Shown: positions 1 through 10,968, counted from the first letter of the stretch. The stretch: 41,011 nucleotides of DNA from an uncultured Bacilli bacterium (GCA_947628985.1 CANRCA010000003.1:1-41011), one strand, 5' to 3'. The notes: generated by a model from the letters alone, not told the origin. Program-made: numbers and translations.

Positions 1-93
1 TTCAACATATATATCATATCATATCTTTTCATATTTTTGTATTGTTTTATCACCTCATATCTAATACACAGCAAAAAAATTTAAAAATTTTAA

Positions 94-393
94 TTATAAC
101 TTCTTATTTATCTTTTTTAAAATAAGGCAAGTAATCCAAGCAATTAATATACCAAATGAAAATGCACCATCAAAAATCATTATGATAAGTCCTGAAAGTT
201 CATTTCCTGAAATAGCTCCAAAAGAATAAGAACCAAATAATCCCATATATGTTGCAATCCCATAGAGTAAAATAACAATTATTAAATACAATGGAATAAA
301 TTTTAAAGCTTTTTGTTTTACTTTTAAACAAAATATCAATTGTACTAAAAATGCAATTACAAAACAAATGAGCAACCAAAATATACTATTCAT
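94..393 (-). CDS. Small hypothetical membrane protein (about 3 TM)
   Basis: 99 aa ORF, three hydrophobic stretches, AGGAGG RBS upstream. Confidence 0.75.
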   Translation of the reverse strand: MNSIFWLLICFVIAFLVQLIFCLKVKQKALKFIPLYLIIVILLYGIATYMGLFGSYSFGAISGNELSGLIIMIFDGAFSFGILIAWITCLILKKINKKL

Positions 394-576
394 TTTTAAT
401 CCTCCTACTATTATATCTAATTAATAATATCATAAAAAGTTCAATTATTAAATAAGTTCAATAGTATAAATTTAATTATATTCGTGACACATTAAAAAAT
501 TTTTGTTGTGTATTTTATTAATTTTTACCCCACATTATGTTAAAAAGATAATTTTTAAATAGAATTTATTATTTTT

Positions 577-1251
577 TTATTTTCTTCTATAATAATTATA
601 AATTTTTGTAAATTTTGATAATTTTATACTAATGATAAATAAAACCATATAAATTATTATTAATAAAACATATGATATTTTATACAAATCTATAAATAAA
701 GTTAAAAATATAATTGGTGCTATTATAATATTATAAATAATATTTTTTCCTAAACTATTTATATTAATAATAATCAAACAAAACAAACTTAATATATTAA
801 AAAATATTATATCTTTGATAAATATTTTAATAAAAAATATTACATTAAAATTTAAGCTATTACTTTTAACAAATAAAATTAATATAACAAATAAAATTAA
901 TCTCATTAAAATAATTAATATTGTGTTTATAAAAATATTATATAATATAATTTTTTTATAATTTTTTCTTAAAACCAAATATTCAGCTGAATTTAATATA
1001 TCAAATAAATATATTTTAAAAGTAACATAAAATATTATAATATAATTCATTATTTTAATAAGTTTTTCAATATTTGAACAATTAATTATATTCATAATAC
1101 CTAAATAATTTAATGTATCATAATTATTTAAATATTGAATAACACTTTTATCTATGAATAGAATTATCAATAAAAATAGTATTTGAAGCAAAAAATACTT
1201 TAATATTTTTTCTTTTATTAAGTTTATATTTTTATATATTATGTATTTCAT
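577..1251 (-). CDS. Hypothetical multi-pass membrane protein, probable ABC permease
   Basis: Highly hydrophobic 224 aa ORF, last of a tightly packed four-gene unit containing an ABC ATPase. Confidence 0.65.
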   Translation of the reverse strand: MKYIIYKNINLIKEKILKYFLLQILFLLIILFIDKSVIQYLNNYDTLNYLGIMNIINCSNIEKLIKIMNYIIIFYVTFKIYLFDILNSAEYLVLRKNYKKIILYNIFINTILIILMRLILFVILILFVKSNSLNFNVIFFIKIFIKDIIFFNILSLFCLIIININSLGKNIIYNIIIAPIIFLTLFIDLYKISYVLLIIIYMVLFIISIKLSKFTKIYNYYRRK

Positions 1252-1254
1252 ATT

Positions 1255-2031
1255 TCACTCCAAAACATAAATTTTTTTATATTTTAAATTAATGTATTTT
1301 ATTATTTCAAGTATTAATAATAAAATTATAATTTCTAATGAAAAGCAACATATTTCAAAAATAAATGAACTATATTGGAATGGATATAAATAATATCCAT
1401 AAAACAAATGAAAATCACTAAATGTAGCTATAACATTAGATGAATATTGCCAACATCCATTAAGTATAATAATTAATGATAATATTCCACCACCTATAAA
1501 TTTATTAAGACATTTATATAAACATATAGATATTAAAATTAAAATATTAATAATAATATAATATTTAATAAAACTATAGCAATTATATAAAATAAAAGGT
1601 ATTTTATAATATTCTATAAAACTAAAACTAATGTTTCCAAAACATTTAAATGTAACGATAATAAGACCTATAATTATATAATATAAATAAATAATAAAAT
1701 TAACTATAGAAACATTTTTTAAAAGATTGTTCAAATATTCTTTTTTATTTTTATATCTAATAATATTTTGATAGCTTTTATCAAAATATGAAATTGTATA
1801 AATTGACGAAACAAATAAAATACAAAAAAGAAATAATTGAAATAAATGACCACTAAATAAAGATAATATTGTACCTTCATAAGATAAACTTACTATATCA
1901 CTATTTAATTCATAACTACTGAAAAATACTGCCAATATAGAAGCAAGAAAGATTGCTTTAAATTTATCTGTATTTAAAAGTATTTTTATTTTTTTATAAT
2001 TCATCAATTGTTTTTTTATTAGATTTTTCAT
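1255..2031 (-). CDS. Hypothetical multi-pass membrane protein, probable ABC permease
   Basis: About 6 hydrophobic segments; start probably MKNLIK at 2031, overlapping the ATPase 3' end (start uncertain). Confidence 0.65.
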   Translation of the reverse strand: MKNLIKKQLMNYKKIKILLNTDKFKAIFLASILAVFFSSYELNSDIVSLSYEGTILSLFSGHLFQLFLFCILFVSSIYTISYFDKSYQNIIRYKNKKEYLNNLLKNVSIVNFIIYLYYIIIGLIIVTFKCFGNISFSFIEYYKIPFILYNCYSFIKYYIIINILILISICLYKCLNKFIGGGILSLIIILNGCWQYSSNVIATFSDFHLFYGYYLYPFQYSSFIFEICCFSLEIIILLLILEIIKYINLKYKKIYVLE

Positions 2032-2653
2032 ATAATTCACCATTATCAAATTTATATATTTTATCTGCTAGTTCATAAATATCTTCTTTTATGTGACTAG
2101 TTATTATTATAATTTTATCTTTTTTTACTTCATCTTTTAATATTTTTTTAATACTTTTAACAGATTTAGATTCAATACCATTAAATGCCTCATCTAATAT
2201 AATTACTTTTGGATCTTCTATTAATACTTGAGCTATTCCAAGTTTTTGTTTCATACCAAGTGAATATTCACTATATTTTTTATCTTTTTCCTCATATAAG
2301 TTAACTTTTTTTAATGTCTCTAAAATATCTTTATCTGTTATTTTATTTTGAATTGATGCTAATAATTTTAAATTTTCAAATCCAGTCAAATCAGGTATAA
2401 AGTCAGGTCCATCTATTAATGCTCTAGTATTTTCTGGGAAAGAATTATTTTCAATATAATTATATCCATCTTGTAATATTTCACCACTTGTAGGAATATA
2501 AAATGCACATAATGTTTTTAAAAACATACTTTTCCCAGATCCATTTCTACCAATTAGCCCATATATAGTACCACTTTTAAATGTAATATTTATGTTATTA
2601 AGAACTGTAACTTTTTTAAACTTTTTTGTTAAATTTTTAACTTCTATTTTCAT
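1994..2653 (-). CDS. ABC transporter ATP-binding protein
   Basis: Walker A GRNGSGKS, signature YSLGMKQK, Walker B IILDE, H-loop TSH. Confidence 0.95.
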   Translation of the reverse strand: MKIEVKNLTKKFKKVTVLNNINITFKSGTIYGLIGRNGSGKSMFLKTLCAFYIPTSGEILQDGYNYIENNSFPENTRALIDGPDFIPDLTGFENLKLLASIQNKITDKDILETLKKVNLYEEKDKKYSEYSLGMKQKLGIAQVLIEDPKVIILDEAFNGIESKSVKSIKKILKDEVKKDKIIIITSHIKEDIYELADKIYKFDNGELYEKSNKKTIDEL

Positions 2654-2667
2654 ATTTTAATTCTCCT

Positions 2668-3633
2668 TTACTTTTCACACATATGTATAAATTTTTCTTT
2701 ATTTTTATAAGATAATAATGCAATTAATAATGTTAATAAATACCAAGATAAATTAGTTGTTAAATATAGCAAAATGTTTTCTGTATTTCTCCATGAATAT
2801 ATTGTTAATAAATTAAAATAATTTGTTAAAATATTTAAATTATTTTGAAAAAATAAACCAATAATAACTTCACTTACAAACCAAAGTATATAAATTATCA
2901 AAAAACTTTCAATTAATGAAACTATAAAGTTTTTATTTTTACTCAATATGGTCAATGCAATATTTATATATATTCCTAAATTTAACACTATTATAATTAT
3001 ATATGAAATATAAAATATAGGATTATTATATAAAGTTTTCATAGTAGAATCTATTAGCATTAAATTAATATCTGCTTCAGGATTTAAATTTCTTGTAACT
3101 AAACAACAAATACCAAAAATTACTATTAATATTGTTGGTAAAATCCATATATCTTTATAAGCTGTTTTAAAAATATTTTTTATATAATTTTTATAATTGT
3201 CTCTTAATAAATAATTTTTTACTTCCTTACTATTAAACCTTTTCGATAATTCATATATAATTGGGAAAAGTATTAATAATGGAACAAAAAATGGAAAAAG
3301 TATTGACATAAATCTATCAAACATTATATTTTCAAATAAATAAAATGCACTATAGGTTGAAGTTTTATATTTTGTTATTTTATTACAATAATCTACAAAA
3401 TTATCATCTACTTTAAAGTCTTTATCAAATTCTTTTATGTATTTTTGCTCAAATTTTTGTATATCATTTTTATCTATTTTACTATATTCTTTACAAATTT
3501 GAAAATATTTATGATCATATATTTGATTTTCTCTACCATCTTCTAAAAATCTATAATTAATCCATGATAATATAATTATCAATATTAAAATTATATATAT
3601 TGTATTTTTAACTATTTTATTTTTTTTACCCAT
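2668..3633 (-). CDS. Membrane protein, probable ABC permease with an extracellular loop
   Basis: N-terminal TM, soluble loop, then about 5 TM; AAGGAG RBS; first gene of the ABC unit. Confidence 0.7.
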   Translation of the reverse strand: MGKKNKIVKNTIYIILILIIILSWINYRFLEDGRENQIYDHKYFQICKEYSKIDKNDIQKFEQKYIKEFDKDFKVDDNFVDYCNKITKYKTSTYSAFYLFENIMFDRFMSILFPFFVPLLILFPIIYELSKRFNSKEVKNYLLRDNYKNYIKNIFKTAYKDIWILPTILIVIFGICCLVTRNLNPEADINLMLIDSTMKTLYNNPIFYISYIIIIVLNLGIYINIALTILSKNKNFIVSLIESFLIIYILWFVSEVIIGLFFQNNLNILTNYFNLLTIYSWRNTENILLYLTTNLSWYLLTLLIALLSYKNKEKFIHMCEK

Positions 3634-3694
3634 ATTTTTCTCCTTTTAATATTAATAATTATAAAAATGTTATATTTTAATTAAAACCACTTTT

Positions 3695-3724
3695 AAAAAA
3701 AAACATTCCACTTTTAAGTGGAAT
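3695..3724 (-). terminator. Intrinsic terminator after the XRE gene
   Basis: ATTCCACTT-tt-AAGTGGAAT inverted repeat followed by a long U tract on the minus strand. Confidence 0.75.
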
Positions 3725-3725
3725 A

Positions 3726-4490
3726 CTAATAAACTAACTTATTATTTGTAAATTCTTCATAAATATTTAATTTAAATTTTTCTGTTTTTTGATTATTTTT
3801 ATTATCTGTATATGTAAATATTAAATATAAATCATCGAGTTCTTTTTTACCAAATATTTGTGAATTATTTTCATTATTAAAATTTATTTTTGTTTCATTT
3901 AAAATATCTGAAATTAATTTAATATTATCTGAAATATCATTTTCAGTCATATAATATATTGTATTTTTACTATTTTCTATACTTATAGAATATTCTTTAA
4001 TTAAAGTTTCACCATCGTCACCAATATAAATGATATCAGGAATAATAACAAATGTTTTTTGTGGATTAAATATAATATATCCACTTATTTGATATAAATT
4101 ATTGCTAAAACTTATATCATAAATATTATTCTTGTTATAATTAAATAATGTAAAAATTATGCAAAATATAGTCGTCAATATAATTATTATCAATCCAATT
4201 AATATTAAAAATTTTCTTTTAGTTTTAAAAACATATGAATTTATTATATCTATAAAAGATTTATTTATTTTTTCTTTTTTTATTCTTTCACCACTCAATA
4301 AATCTTGTACATTTACTTTTAATTCTTTACTTAAATTAAATAATAGTATTGAATCAGGTAAATTTAATCCTGTTTCCCATTTTGAAATTGTTTTAGCATT
4401 AACTCCTATTTTTTCTGCTAATTCCTCTTGTGTCATATTTTGTTCTTTTCTTAATTCTGCTATAAATTTTCCTATTTTTCCTAAATCCAT
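3726..4490 (-). CDS. Membrane-anchored XRE-family regulator (HTH_3 + TM + C-terminal domain)
   Basis: IGKFIAELRKEQNMTQEELAEKIGVNAKTISKWETG HTH, TM near aa 95-117, GGAGG RBS. Confidence 0.9.
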   Translation of the reverse strand: MDLGKIGKFIAELRKEQNMTQEELAEKIGVNAKTISKWETGLNLPDSILLFNLSKELKVNVQDLLSGERIKKEKINKSFIDIINSYVFKTKRKFLILIGLIIIILTTIFCIIFTLFNYNKNNIYDISFSNNLYQISGYIIFNPQKTFVIIPDIIYIGDDGETLIKEYSISIENSKNTIYYMTENDISDNIKLISDILNETKINFNNENNSQIFGKKELDDLYLIFTYTDNKNNQKTEKFKLNIYEEFTNNKLVY

Positions 4491-4788
4491 ATTGCCTCCA
4501 ATACTTTTTCAAATATATTTTAACAAATTATACCCTATTTTTAAATAAAAAATATGTAGATTTGGCACATTTCTTTCTTTAAATATTAAAATAAAACTTT
4601 TTTAATTTTAATCACATAAGTTTTAAAATATAATTTAATTTTTTAATTGAGTTTTAATATTCTTATCATTTTTTTTCATTTTTTTTTGATAAATTATTTT
4701 GAATTATTCATAATTGTTTTCAGTGTTTTTTTTGAGTTTTTTTAGTTAATTCGTCACAAAATTGAAAAAAATCGATTTTTTTGAAATT

Positions 4789-4811
4789 AAAAAGTCCTTA
4801 AAGTAAGGACT
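4789..4811 (-). terminator. Intrinsic terminator
   Basis: AGTCCTTA-aag-TAAGGACT hairpin with U tract on the minus strand, just after the 4825-6423 stop. Confidence 0.75.
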
Positions 4812-4824
4812 CAATTAATACTTA

Positions 4825-6423
4825 TTACTTTAAAATAAATGTGTATTTTATACCTCTAATTAATAAATATAATTCTATTTTACTTGCATCTTTTAATTCA
4901 CTTGGTACTTCAAAATATGAGTTTTTATCTTGTGCTATATCAACATCTATTTTATTTAAATGTATTGTATTATATTTACCCATATATCTATATCTAATAA
5001 ATCCATAATATTTTAATAAATCTGATGGTGTTTTTATATGTTTATTTATATATAACGAATTATCTAAATTAAGAGTTCCTATTATTTTTAATACACTTAA
5101 ATTACCTTTATTAACTGATTTTGGCATTACAATCATAGTTGAATTTTGACAATTATTATTAACACAATATTCATAATTTTCTTTAAATTTATCTTGAATT
5201 TCATAAGAATTAATTATTAATTTAGAATCTTTTAAAATAGTATCTTTAAAATCAATTTCATTTGGTAAAGCTAAACTACCTTTATCTTCTGTTTTAGTTA
5301 AATCTACTGGTTTTATTAATATATCTTTATAAGTAGAATCACTTATCATATTTTCATTATAATTACTTATTCTTAAAAAATATTCACTTTTAACATCTTT
5401 TTGATCTACTTCAAATGCTACTAATAATTTTTTATCTTCTCCTGAATTAACTGAAGTTGGTGTAAATAAAGTACCTAAATCCATAAATTTATCTCCTAAA
5501 TCAAATCTAGGTATTAAAAGTTCATTATTAACTTGTAATCTAAATGTTTGTCTATCTAAATTTAAATTACTCATATATTTATTACTAACATTTATCTCAA
5601 TTAAAACATAATATTTTCCTTCATTAATAACATTATTATTCATATCTGTATTAGTTATATAACTATTTTCTGCTTGATACCATAATTGATTTGCAAGTAC
5701 TTCACCATTTTCAGTAAATTGTGGTATTTTTATATTTATTCTACTAATTGCAAATAAAGATACTCCAAATATAACACAAGAAACTAATACTGTTACAAAT
5801 AATTTATTTTCTAATACAAAATATTTTGTTAAACGTAATAATTTTCTAAAAAATCTACTTATTTTATAAGTATCATTTCCTAATGTAACTTCTACTTCTT
5901 CATTATCTGTAATATCTATATTTAATTCTTCTAAATCTTTTTTAAAATCAAATTGTTTTAAATTAAATCCTAAAGTTCTTCCAAATATAATAAATAAGAA
6001 TACAACTTGTGGCAATAAAACAATCAAACAAATATCTCTTACTGCTCTTACACTTTCAACATCTAAAGATTCTACTTGTAAATTTCTAAATATTGAAGCT
6101 ATATATATAAAGAATATAAATAAACCAATATAATATAAAAATACCCATAAATAAGTACTTCTACTTTTTCTTTTAATAGATAAAATATAATATATCAATA
6201 AAGAAATAAGTATAGCAAAAATATCAAAAATATACATTATTGAATTTATATGATCTGTAAGTAAGTTAGCAGTATTTATATAAAAATGATTTGCAGCATA
6301 ATCACTAAAAAAATTAAATATATTTAGTGTTTTAACTGACAAATATAAAAGCATAGCAAAAAGTACAGCATGAATTAATCTAAAATTTTTGATTAAGAAT
6401 GCATAGGGTCTTCTAACTATCAC
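4825..6423 (-). CDS. Hypothetical membrane protein (about 5 N-terminal TM, large C-terminal soluble domain)
   Basis: 532 aa ORF, GTG start after AGGAGG, hydrophobicity pattern. Confidence 0.8.
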   Translation of the reverse strand: MIVRRPYAFLIKNFRLIHAVLFAMLLYLSVKTLNIFNFFSDYAANHFYINTANLLTDHINSIMYIFDIFAILISLLIYYILSIKRKSRSTYLWVFLYYIGLFIFFIYIASIFRNLQVESLDVESVRAVRDICLIVLLPQVVFLFIIFGRTLGFNLKQFDFKKDLEELNIDITDNEEVEVTLGNDTYKISRFFRKLLRLTKYFVLENKLFVTVLVSCVIFGVSLFAISRINIKIPQFTENGEVLANQLWYQAENSYITNTDMNNNVINEGKYYVLIEINVSNKYMSNLNLDRQTFRLQVNNELLIPRFDLGDKFMDLGTLFTPTSVNSGEDKKLLVAFEVDQKDVKSEYFLRISNYNENMISDSTYKDILIKPVDLTKTEDKGSLALPNEIDFKDTILKDSKLIINSYEIQDKFKENYEYCVNNNCQNSTMIVMPKSVNKGNLSVLKIIGTLNLDNSLYINKHIKTPSDLLKYYGFIRYRYMGKYNTIHLNKIDVDIAQDKNSYFEVPSELKDASKIELYLLIRGIKYTFILK

Positions 6424-6480
6424 TTTGCTAACCTCCTATTATAAAAAAATTATAGCATAAACTTTTATAAAAAAAAAGAG

Positions 6481-6813
6481 TTAGTCTCTTTTAAAGTAAA
6501 TCATTTGCCCAGGCATTAAATAAATAGTTTTATTTTGATCTACTATATCTTCTTTTTTTTCATCAAAAATATCGCTTACTGTTTTTAATGTATCTCCTTC
6601 TTTTGTAATATAATAACTAACATCTTTTTTAGGAATTAATAAAGTTTGTCCAGGATAAATATAATCATCTAATTTAAGTCCATTTAATTCTGCTAGTAAC
6701 TTAGTATTTACATCATAAAATTTTGATATTTGATAAAGAGTATCACCTTTCTTTATTTCATAAGTCATATAAAATGGACTTTCTAAATCTTTCTTTATAT
6801 TTTCATCTAACAT
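6481..6813 (-). CDS. Tandem LysM peptidoglycan-binding domain protein
   Basis: YEIKKGDTLYQIS...IYPGQTLLIP plus a second repeat YITKEGDTL...LMPGQ. Confidence 0.9.
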   Translation of the reverse strand: MLDENIKKDLESPFYMTYEIKKGDTLYQISKFYDVNTKLLAELNGLKLDDYIYPGQTLLIPKKDVSYYITKEGDTLKTVSDIFDEKKEDIVDQNKTIYLMPGQMIYFKRD

Positions 6814-6855
6814 TTAATATCACCTAAAGTATTATATGTAATTTAAATTATTAGG

Positions 6856-7956
6856 TTATTTAATATATACAAACATAGTATTATCACTATTAAATGTTAA
6901 TTCATAATTATAAAATAATTTTCTATTTCCATTTAATGGTTCATATAAATAGAAATAATCTTCAAATGAATAATATAATTTGTTATTATTTTCTTTGACT
7001 ATTTTTATTTCATTATCATTTATTTTTTGTTTTAATTTATTATTTTCTTTTATTGTTTTATACATTCCATTATTAAATTCATATTTATATTTTGAATTTT
7101 CTTCATTATATTTAATTTTATTAATTTTATATTCATTTTTACTACAACTTACAAATTTTCCATTTTCATATTTAACAAAACCTTTTTCATTATTTCCAAT
7201 TATTTTAACTTTATTATTTTTAGTATTTATTTCATATAAAATAGAATATTTATTATCAAATATATATAAATTATTTTTAATATTTCCTACAAAATAAGAA
7301 TCAAAATCTAAATTATATCCAAGATTAATTGTTTTTTTATTAGAATTTGTTAAGTTTAATGATATTAATGATGTAAATTCATGCTCTTCATCATTATTAG
7401 CCATATAAATAGTATCTCCTAATAAATATGCTAAACTATTATCATATTTATCTTTTTCAAATAATACTACATTTTTATATGATTTACCATTCATAATATA
7501 ATATCCTTTATAATTCCATAATGCTATATATTCATTATCATTAAGTAAATTATAATATATAAAATCTTTATTAGGTTTTGTAGTATTTACATCTATTTTT
7601 TTATATTGTTCTAATAATGGAGAATCTATTATATTATAGTCAACAAATTCATTATCTTTATAGCATAATGGATAAGTTTCAATTCCATCGATTATAGGAT
7701 ATATACAACTAAATTCATCATCCTCTATTGTATTTATTTTTTTTATTTTTGATATTAAAAATTTTCTTTTTGTATAAACATCAAAATTATATTTTTTATT
7801 TCCATCATTTATTTCATAATAAAATCTTTTATTTTTATAAATTGTTTTAATTTGATAATTATTTAATTTATATTCAACTGTATAATTTGAAAATCCATAT
7901 TTAAATAGTATTAAAATTATACATAATAATATTGAAAAAACAAGTATTTTTTTCAT
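6856..7956 (-). CDS. Hypothetical membrane-anchored or secreted protein
   Basis: 366 aa ORF with an N-terminal signal/TM, AGGTGG RBS. Confidence 0.75.
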   Translation of the reverse strand: MKKILVFSILLCIILILFKYGFSNYTVEYKLNNYQIKTIYKNKRFYYEINDGNKKYNFDVYTKRKFLISKIKKINTIEDDEFSCIYPIIDGIETYPLCYKDNEFVDYNIIDSPLLEQYKKIDVNTTKPNKDFIYYNLLNDNEYIALWNYKGYYIMNGKSYKNVVLFEKDKYDNSLAYLLGDTIYMANNDEEHEFTSLISLNLTNSNKKTINLGYNLDFDSYFVGNIKNNLYIFDNKYSILYEINTKNNKVKIIGNNEKGFVKYENGKFVSCSKNEYKINKIKYNEENSKYKYEFNNGMYKTIKENNKLKQKINDNEIKIVKENNNKLYYSFEDYFYLYEPLNGNRKLFYNYELTFNSDNTMFVYIK

Positions 7957-8004
7957 TATACCACCTAATTAAATTATACAAATATTAAACAAAAAAAGAA
8001 AGTG

Positions 8005-9396
8005 TTATTCACACTTTTCTTTTCCATTAACTACTCTTGTTTTTCCTGTACTTGTATATCCACTTAAAGTTTTCTTATCACTCCACTTATATGTATAATA
8101 TTTTGTATTTACTTTTTTAGCAGTAGCATTTACTTTTTCAGTAGTATATTTTACACATTTGTCTCCTTCAAGTTTATAACCAGAAGCGCAAGATTTTACA
8201 TAAGATACTTTTGGTTCAACTTTTGTACAAGTTTTACCATTTAAAGTATATCCTGCTTTTGAACATTTATATTCAATTTTTCCATTTGTTACTTGATAAC
8301 ATTTTAAACTTGATCCACTACCTTCAGTTAAATTAGCAGTACTTGGACAACTATATGTTTTATCTACTACATAACATTTTAAGTTTGATCCACTACCTTC
8401 AGATTTACTTCCAACAGGACAACTATATTTTGTTGTACTTGGTGTAGTAGTTGTTACATCTCTATAACATGTATCTGTATATTCTTGTTTTATGTCTTCA
8501 CATTTTTGTTCAGGTACACTCTTATAACATACATTACAAGTTGTTTTTGTTTGTCCATTTATAAATTTATTTACGCAATCACAATTGTATGGCACTTGAG
8601 TATATATAGTTTTACAACTTGGTTTTGTTTGAGTTTTAGTACAATCATATGCTTCTCTTTTTGTTGTAGTAGTTCCGGGAACAACTGTTTCAACTCTGTT
8701 TACATATCTTTTCTTTTCAGTAACTATTGTATTTACTTTTGTTTTTGTTCCAGCAGTTACTACTGGTGTTGCACTTTCAGTTAATGTTGTAGTTTCTTCT
8801 TTCTTAGTAGTAGCATCTTTTGTATCTGCTACAACACTTTTAATACAATATTTACCATCTAAAGTATATCCAGCTTTACAACTATAATTTGTTTTTGTTC
8901 CAGTTACAAGTTTTTTAAATTGATATTGAGTAATTTTTTCAACTGTACATTTCTTTTCACATTTATCATCTTTACAATAATTGTGACATCCTAATACTTT
9001 AATTACATAATCAGATTCAGTATTACATACTAAATTAGTTTTTAATTCATATCCAAGTTCAGTTTTAATTAAACTTACATAAGAACTATATTGATTACAT
9101 GCATTACCATCTTCATCTACAAATGGTAATAATAATTTCTTTTCAAGCATTTCTGCTAAAGTTATTTTAACTTCTTGACCTTCTTCAGTAGGCATTTTAT
9201 CATCTGTGAAATAACTTTCTCCAGCTTCTTGCATGTATTTAATATTTTCTCTAAATACATTACTGTAGAAAGGTTTCATGTTTGGAACTTTCTTTTGGAA
9301 TAACCAAACTAAGATAAAGATAAATAACCCAGCAAATATAATTTTAACTAATAAATCTAAAATGCTAAATCCATTTTTTCTATCATTGCTATACAT
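8005..9396 (-). CDS. Cys/Thr/Lys-rich surface protein with a prepilin-like N-terminus
   Basis: KNG|FSILDLLV plus a hydrophobic helix; repeated C-x2-3-GYxLxGxxC and YSCP...GSGSxLKCY units. Confidence 0.8.
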   Translation of the reverse strand: MYSNDRKNGFSILDLLVKIIFAGLFIFILVWLFQKKVPNMKPFYSNVFRENIKYMQEAGESYFTDDKMPTEEGQEVKITLAEMLEKKLLLPFVDEDGNACNQYSSYVSLIKTELGYELKTNLVCNTESDYVIKVLGCHNYCKDDKCEKKCTVEKITQYQFKKLVTGTKTNYSCKAGYTLDGKYCIKSVVADTKDATTKKEETTTLTESATPVVTAGTKTKVNTIVTEKKRYVNRVETVVPGTTTTKREAYDCTKTQTKPSCKTIYTQVPYNCDCVNKFINGQTKTTCNVCYKSVPEQKCEDIKQEYTDTCYRDVTTTTPSTTKYSCPVGSKSEGSGSNLKCYVVDKTYSCPSTANLTEGSGSSLKCYQVTNGKIEYKCSKAGYTLNGKTCTKVEPKVSYVKSCASGYKLEGDKCVKYTTEKVNATAKKVNTKYYTYKWSDKKTLSGYTSTGKTRVVNGKEKCE

Positions 9397-9414
9397 ATTA
9401 TATACCCCCTTCTA

Positions 9415-10860
9415 TTAATTTAATTTTCTTGTTTGTAAATGATCATATTTATATTCTAGTGTATCAAATAAATCTTGACTAAATCCAACTGAATCAGGAA
9501 CATTATCAACTTCTACTCCTGCAGCTGTTGCTATTACATTATTCCATTCACCAGTTACTATACCAGTATATATTTCAGAAACAGTAATATCTGTTAATAA
9601 CTTAGTATAATAATCTACACAAACTTTAACACATACAGGTTGCATACTATCAATATTATATTCAAATACTGTTGTTCCATAAGGATTTGTTGTTGATAAG
9701 AAAGCAAATAATCTATCTTTTGCTTGGAAATCATAAGGATTTACATCTCCATACATTCCATCACATTGCCATTCATTCCAGAATTTATAACCCAATTTTT
9801 CTACTTGTTCTCTTATAAGATCTGATGGATAAATGTTATTTTTTTTAAGTTCTTCTTTTTCTTCTTCACTTAAACTCATTATTTCAGTAATTCTTTTATA
9901 TATATCATCATAACTCTTTATAAATTCTTGTAATTCTGTTCCATCTGTAGTAAATAAATGAGCTGGAACATGATGCCATCCAATTAGTTGTGGTGATGAT
10001 GGTATATTAGTATATAAAACTAAAAATTTTTGTGCATAATCATCAACTATATTAACATCAAACATTTTATTTCCGTTTTCATCTAATGGTAATTCACCAT
10101 TCATTACTCTAATACAATTAGCTATATTATCAACTGTAACTACTGATTTTTCATTTTCACTTAAATCATTCATTAATGGTTGATAATATGTTTCATAAAT
10201 ATAATTTGCTCTTGCTTCTACTTGAGCATTATCTGTAACATCAAAGAATGTTCCATATTCACCAAGTTTTAAATTATTTGTATTATTTTCTAAATTTGGT
10301 GTTACATCTTCAGCACCTGGTATAATTATAGTTTCATCTTCATTATTTTGAGTTTCATCTATAGTTTCTACTTTATTATCTGTTTTATTATTTGAATTAG
10401 TAAGAGCACATGTTCCACCAATTCCTAATAAAGCACCAGCAAGTCCAATAGCTACATATTTACCAGCATTACTTTTTCCTTCTTTAATTTCTGGTCCTTC
10501 ATATGAACTTGTTTCCTCATATATAGGCATTTCAATATCTTCTTCTGGATGTTCTTCTTCAATTGGTTCTTCATCTAATGATGAGGCTTTTTGAGTATCT
10601 ATTTCATATCTATAATCATCATATTTTTTCTTAAGATTTTTTAATTGTTCTTTTGATAAATCTAATTCTTTAACTTTCCTTAAATCTTGAACAGCTTCTG
10701 TATATATCTTTTGTGAACGAATATCTTCAGATATTATTCTATCAATTTCAAACTTATCTCCTCTTTTTTTAACATCTTCAAATTGATTATGAAGTAAAAT
10801 GTCTTGTTTAAAGTGATAATTTTTTACTAATGTAATTTCTTCTAATAATTTTTCTTTCAT
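9415..10860 (-). CDS. Hypothetical single-pass membrane protein
   Basis: Start MKEKLL after AAGGGGG; charged N-terminus, acidic linker, TM (YVAIGLAGALLGIGG), large C-terminal domain. Confidence 0.8.
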   Translation of the reverse strand: MKEKLLEEITLVKNYHFKQDILLHNQFEDVKKRGDKFEIDRIISEDIRSQKIYTEAVQDLRKVKELDLSKEQLKNLKKKYDDYRYEIDTQKASSLDEEPIEEEHPEEDIEMPIYEETSSYEGPEIKEGKSNAGKYVAIGLAGALLGIGGTCALTNSNNKTDNKVETIDETQNNEDETIIIPGAEDVTPNLENNTNNLKLGEYGTFFDVTDNAQVEARANYIYETYYQPLMNDLSENEKSVVTVDNIANCIRVMNGELPLDENGNKMFDVNIVDDYAQKFLVLYTNIPSSPQLIGWHHVPAHLFTTDGTELQEFIKSYDDIYKRITEIMSLSEEEKEELKKNNIYPSDLIREQVEKLGYKFWNEWQCDGMYGDVNPYDFQAKDRLFAFLSTTNPYGTTVFEYNIDSMQPVCVKVCVDYYTKLLTDITVSEIYTGIVTGEWNNVIATAAGVEVDNVPDSVGFSQDLFDTLEYKYDHLQTRKLN

Positions 10861-10968
10861 TTTATATTCCCCCTTAAATGTGATTATGATTATACCACAA
10901 ATGTACATAAATGTCAATAATTCACAACATTTTCACTTATCGCAATTATTATTACATAATTATTTTTA

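Noticed and set aside
4159-4548. 129-aa + strand ORF
   Set aside because: Shadow of the XRE gene on the opposite strand
4550-4790. Long T-tract intergenic region as an ncRNA
   Set aside because: Mostly homopolymer runs with no convincing stems; more likely promoter-upstream DNA
6980-8784. + strand ORFs 6980-7297 and 8485-8784
   Set aside because: Antisense shadows inside longer, better supported genes
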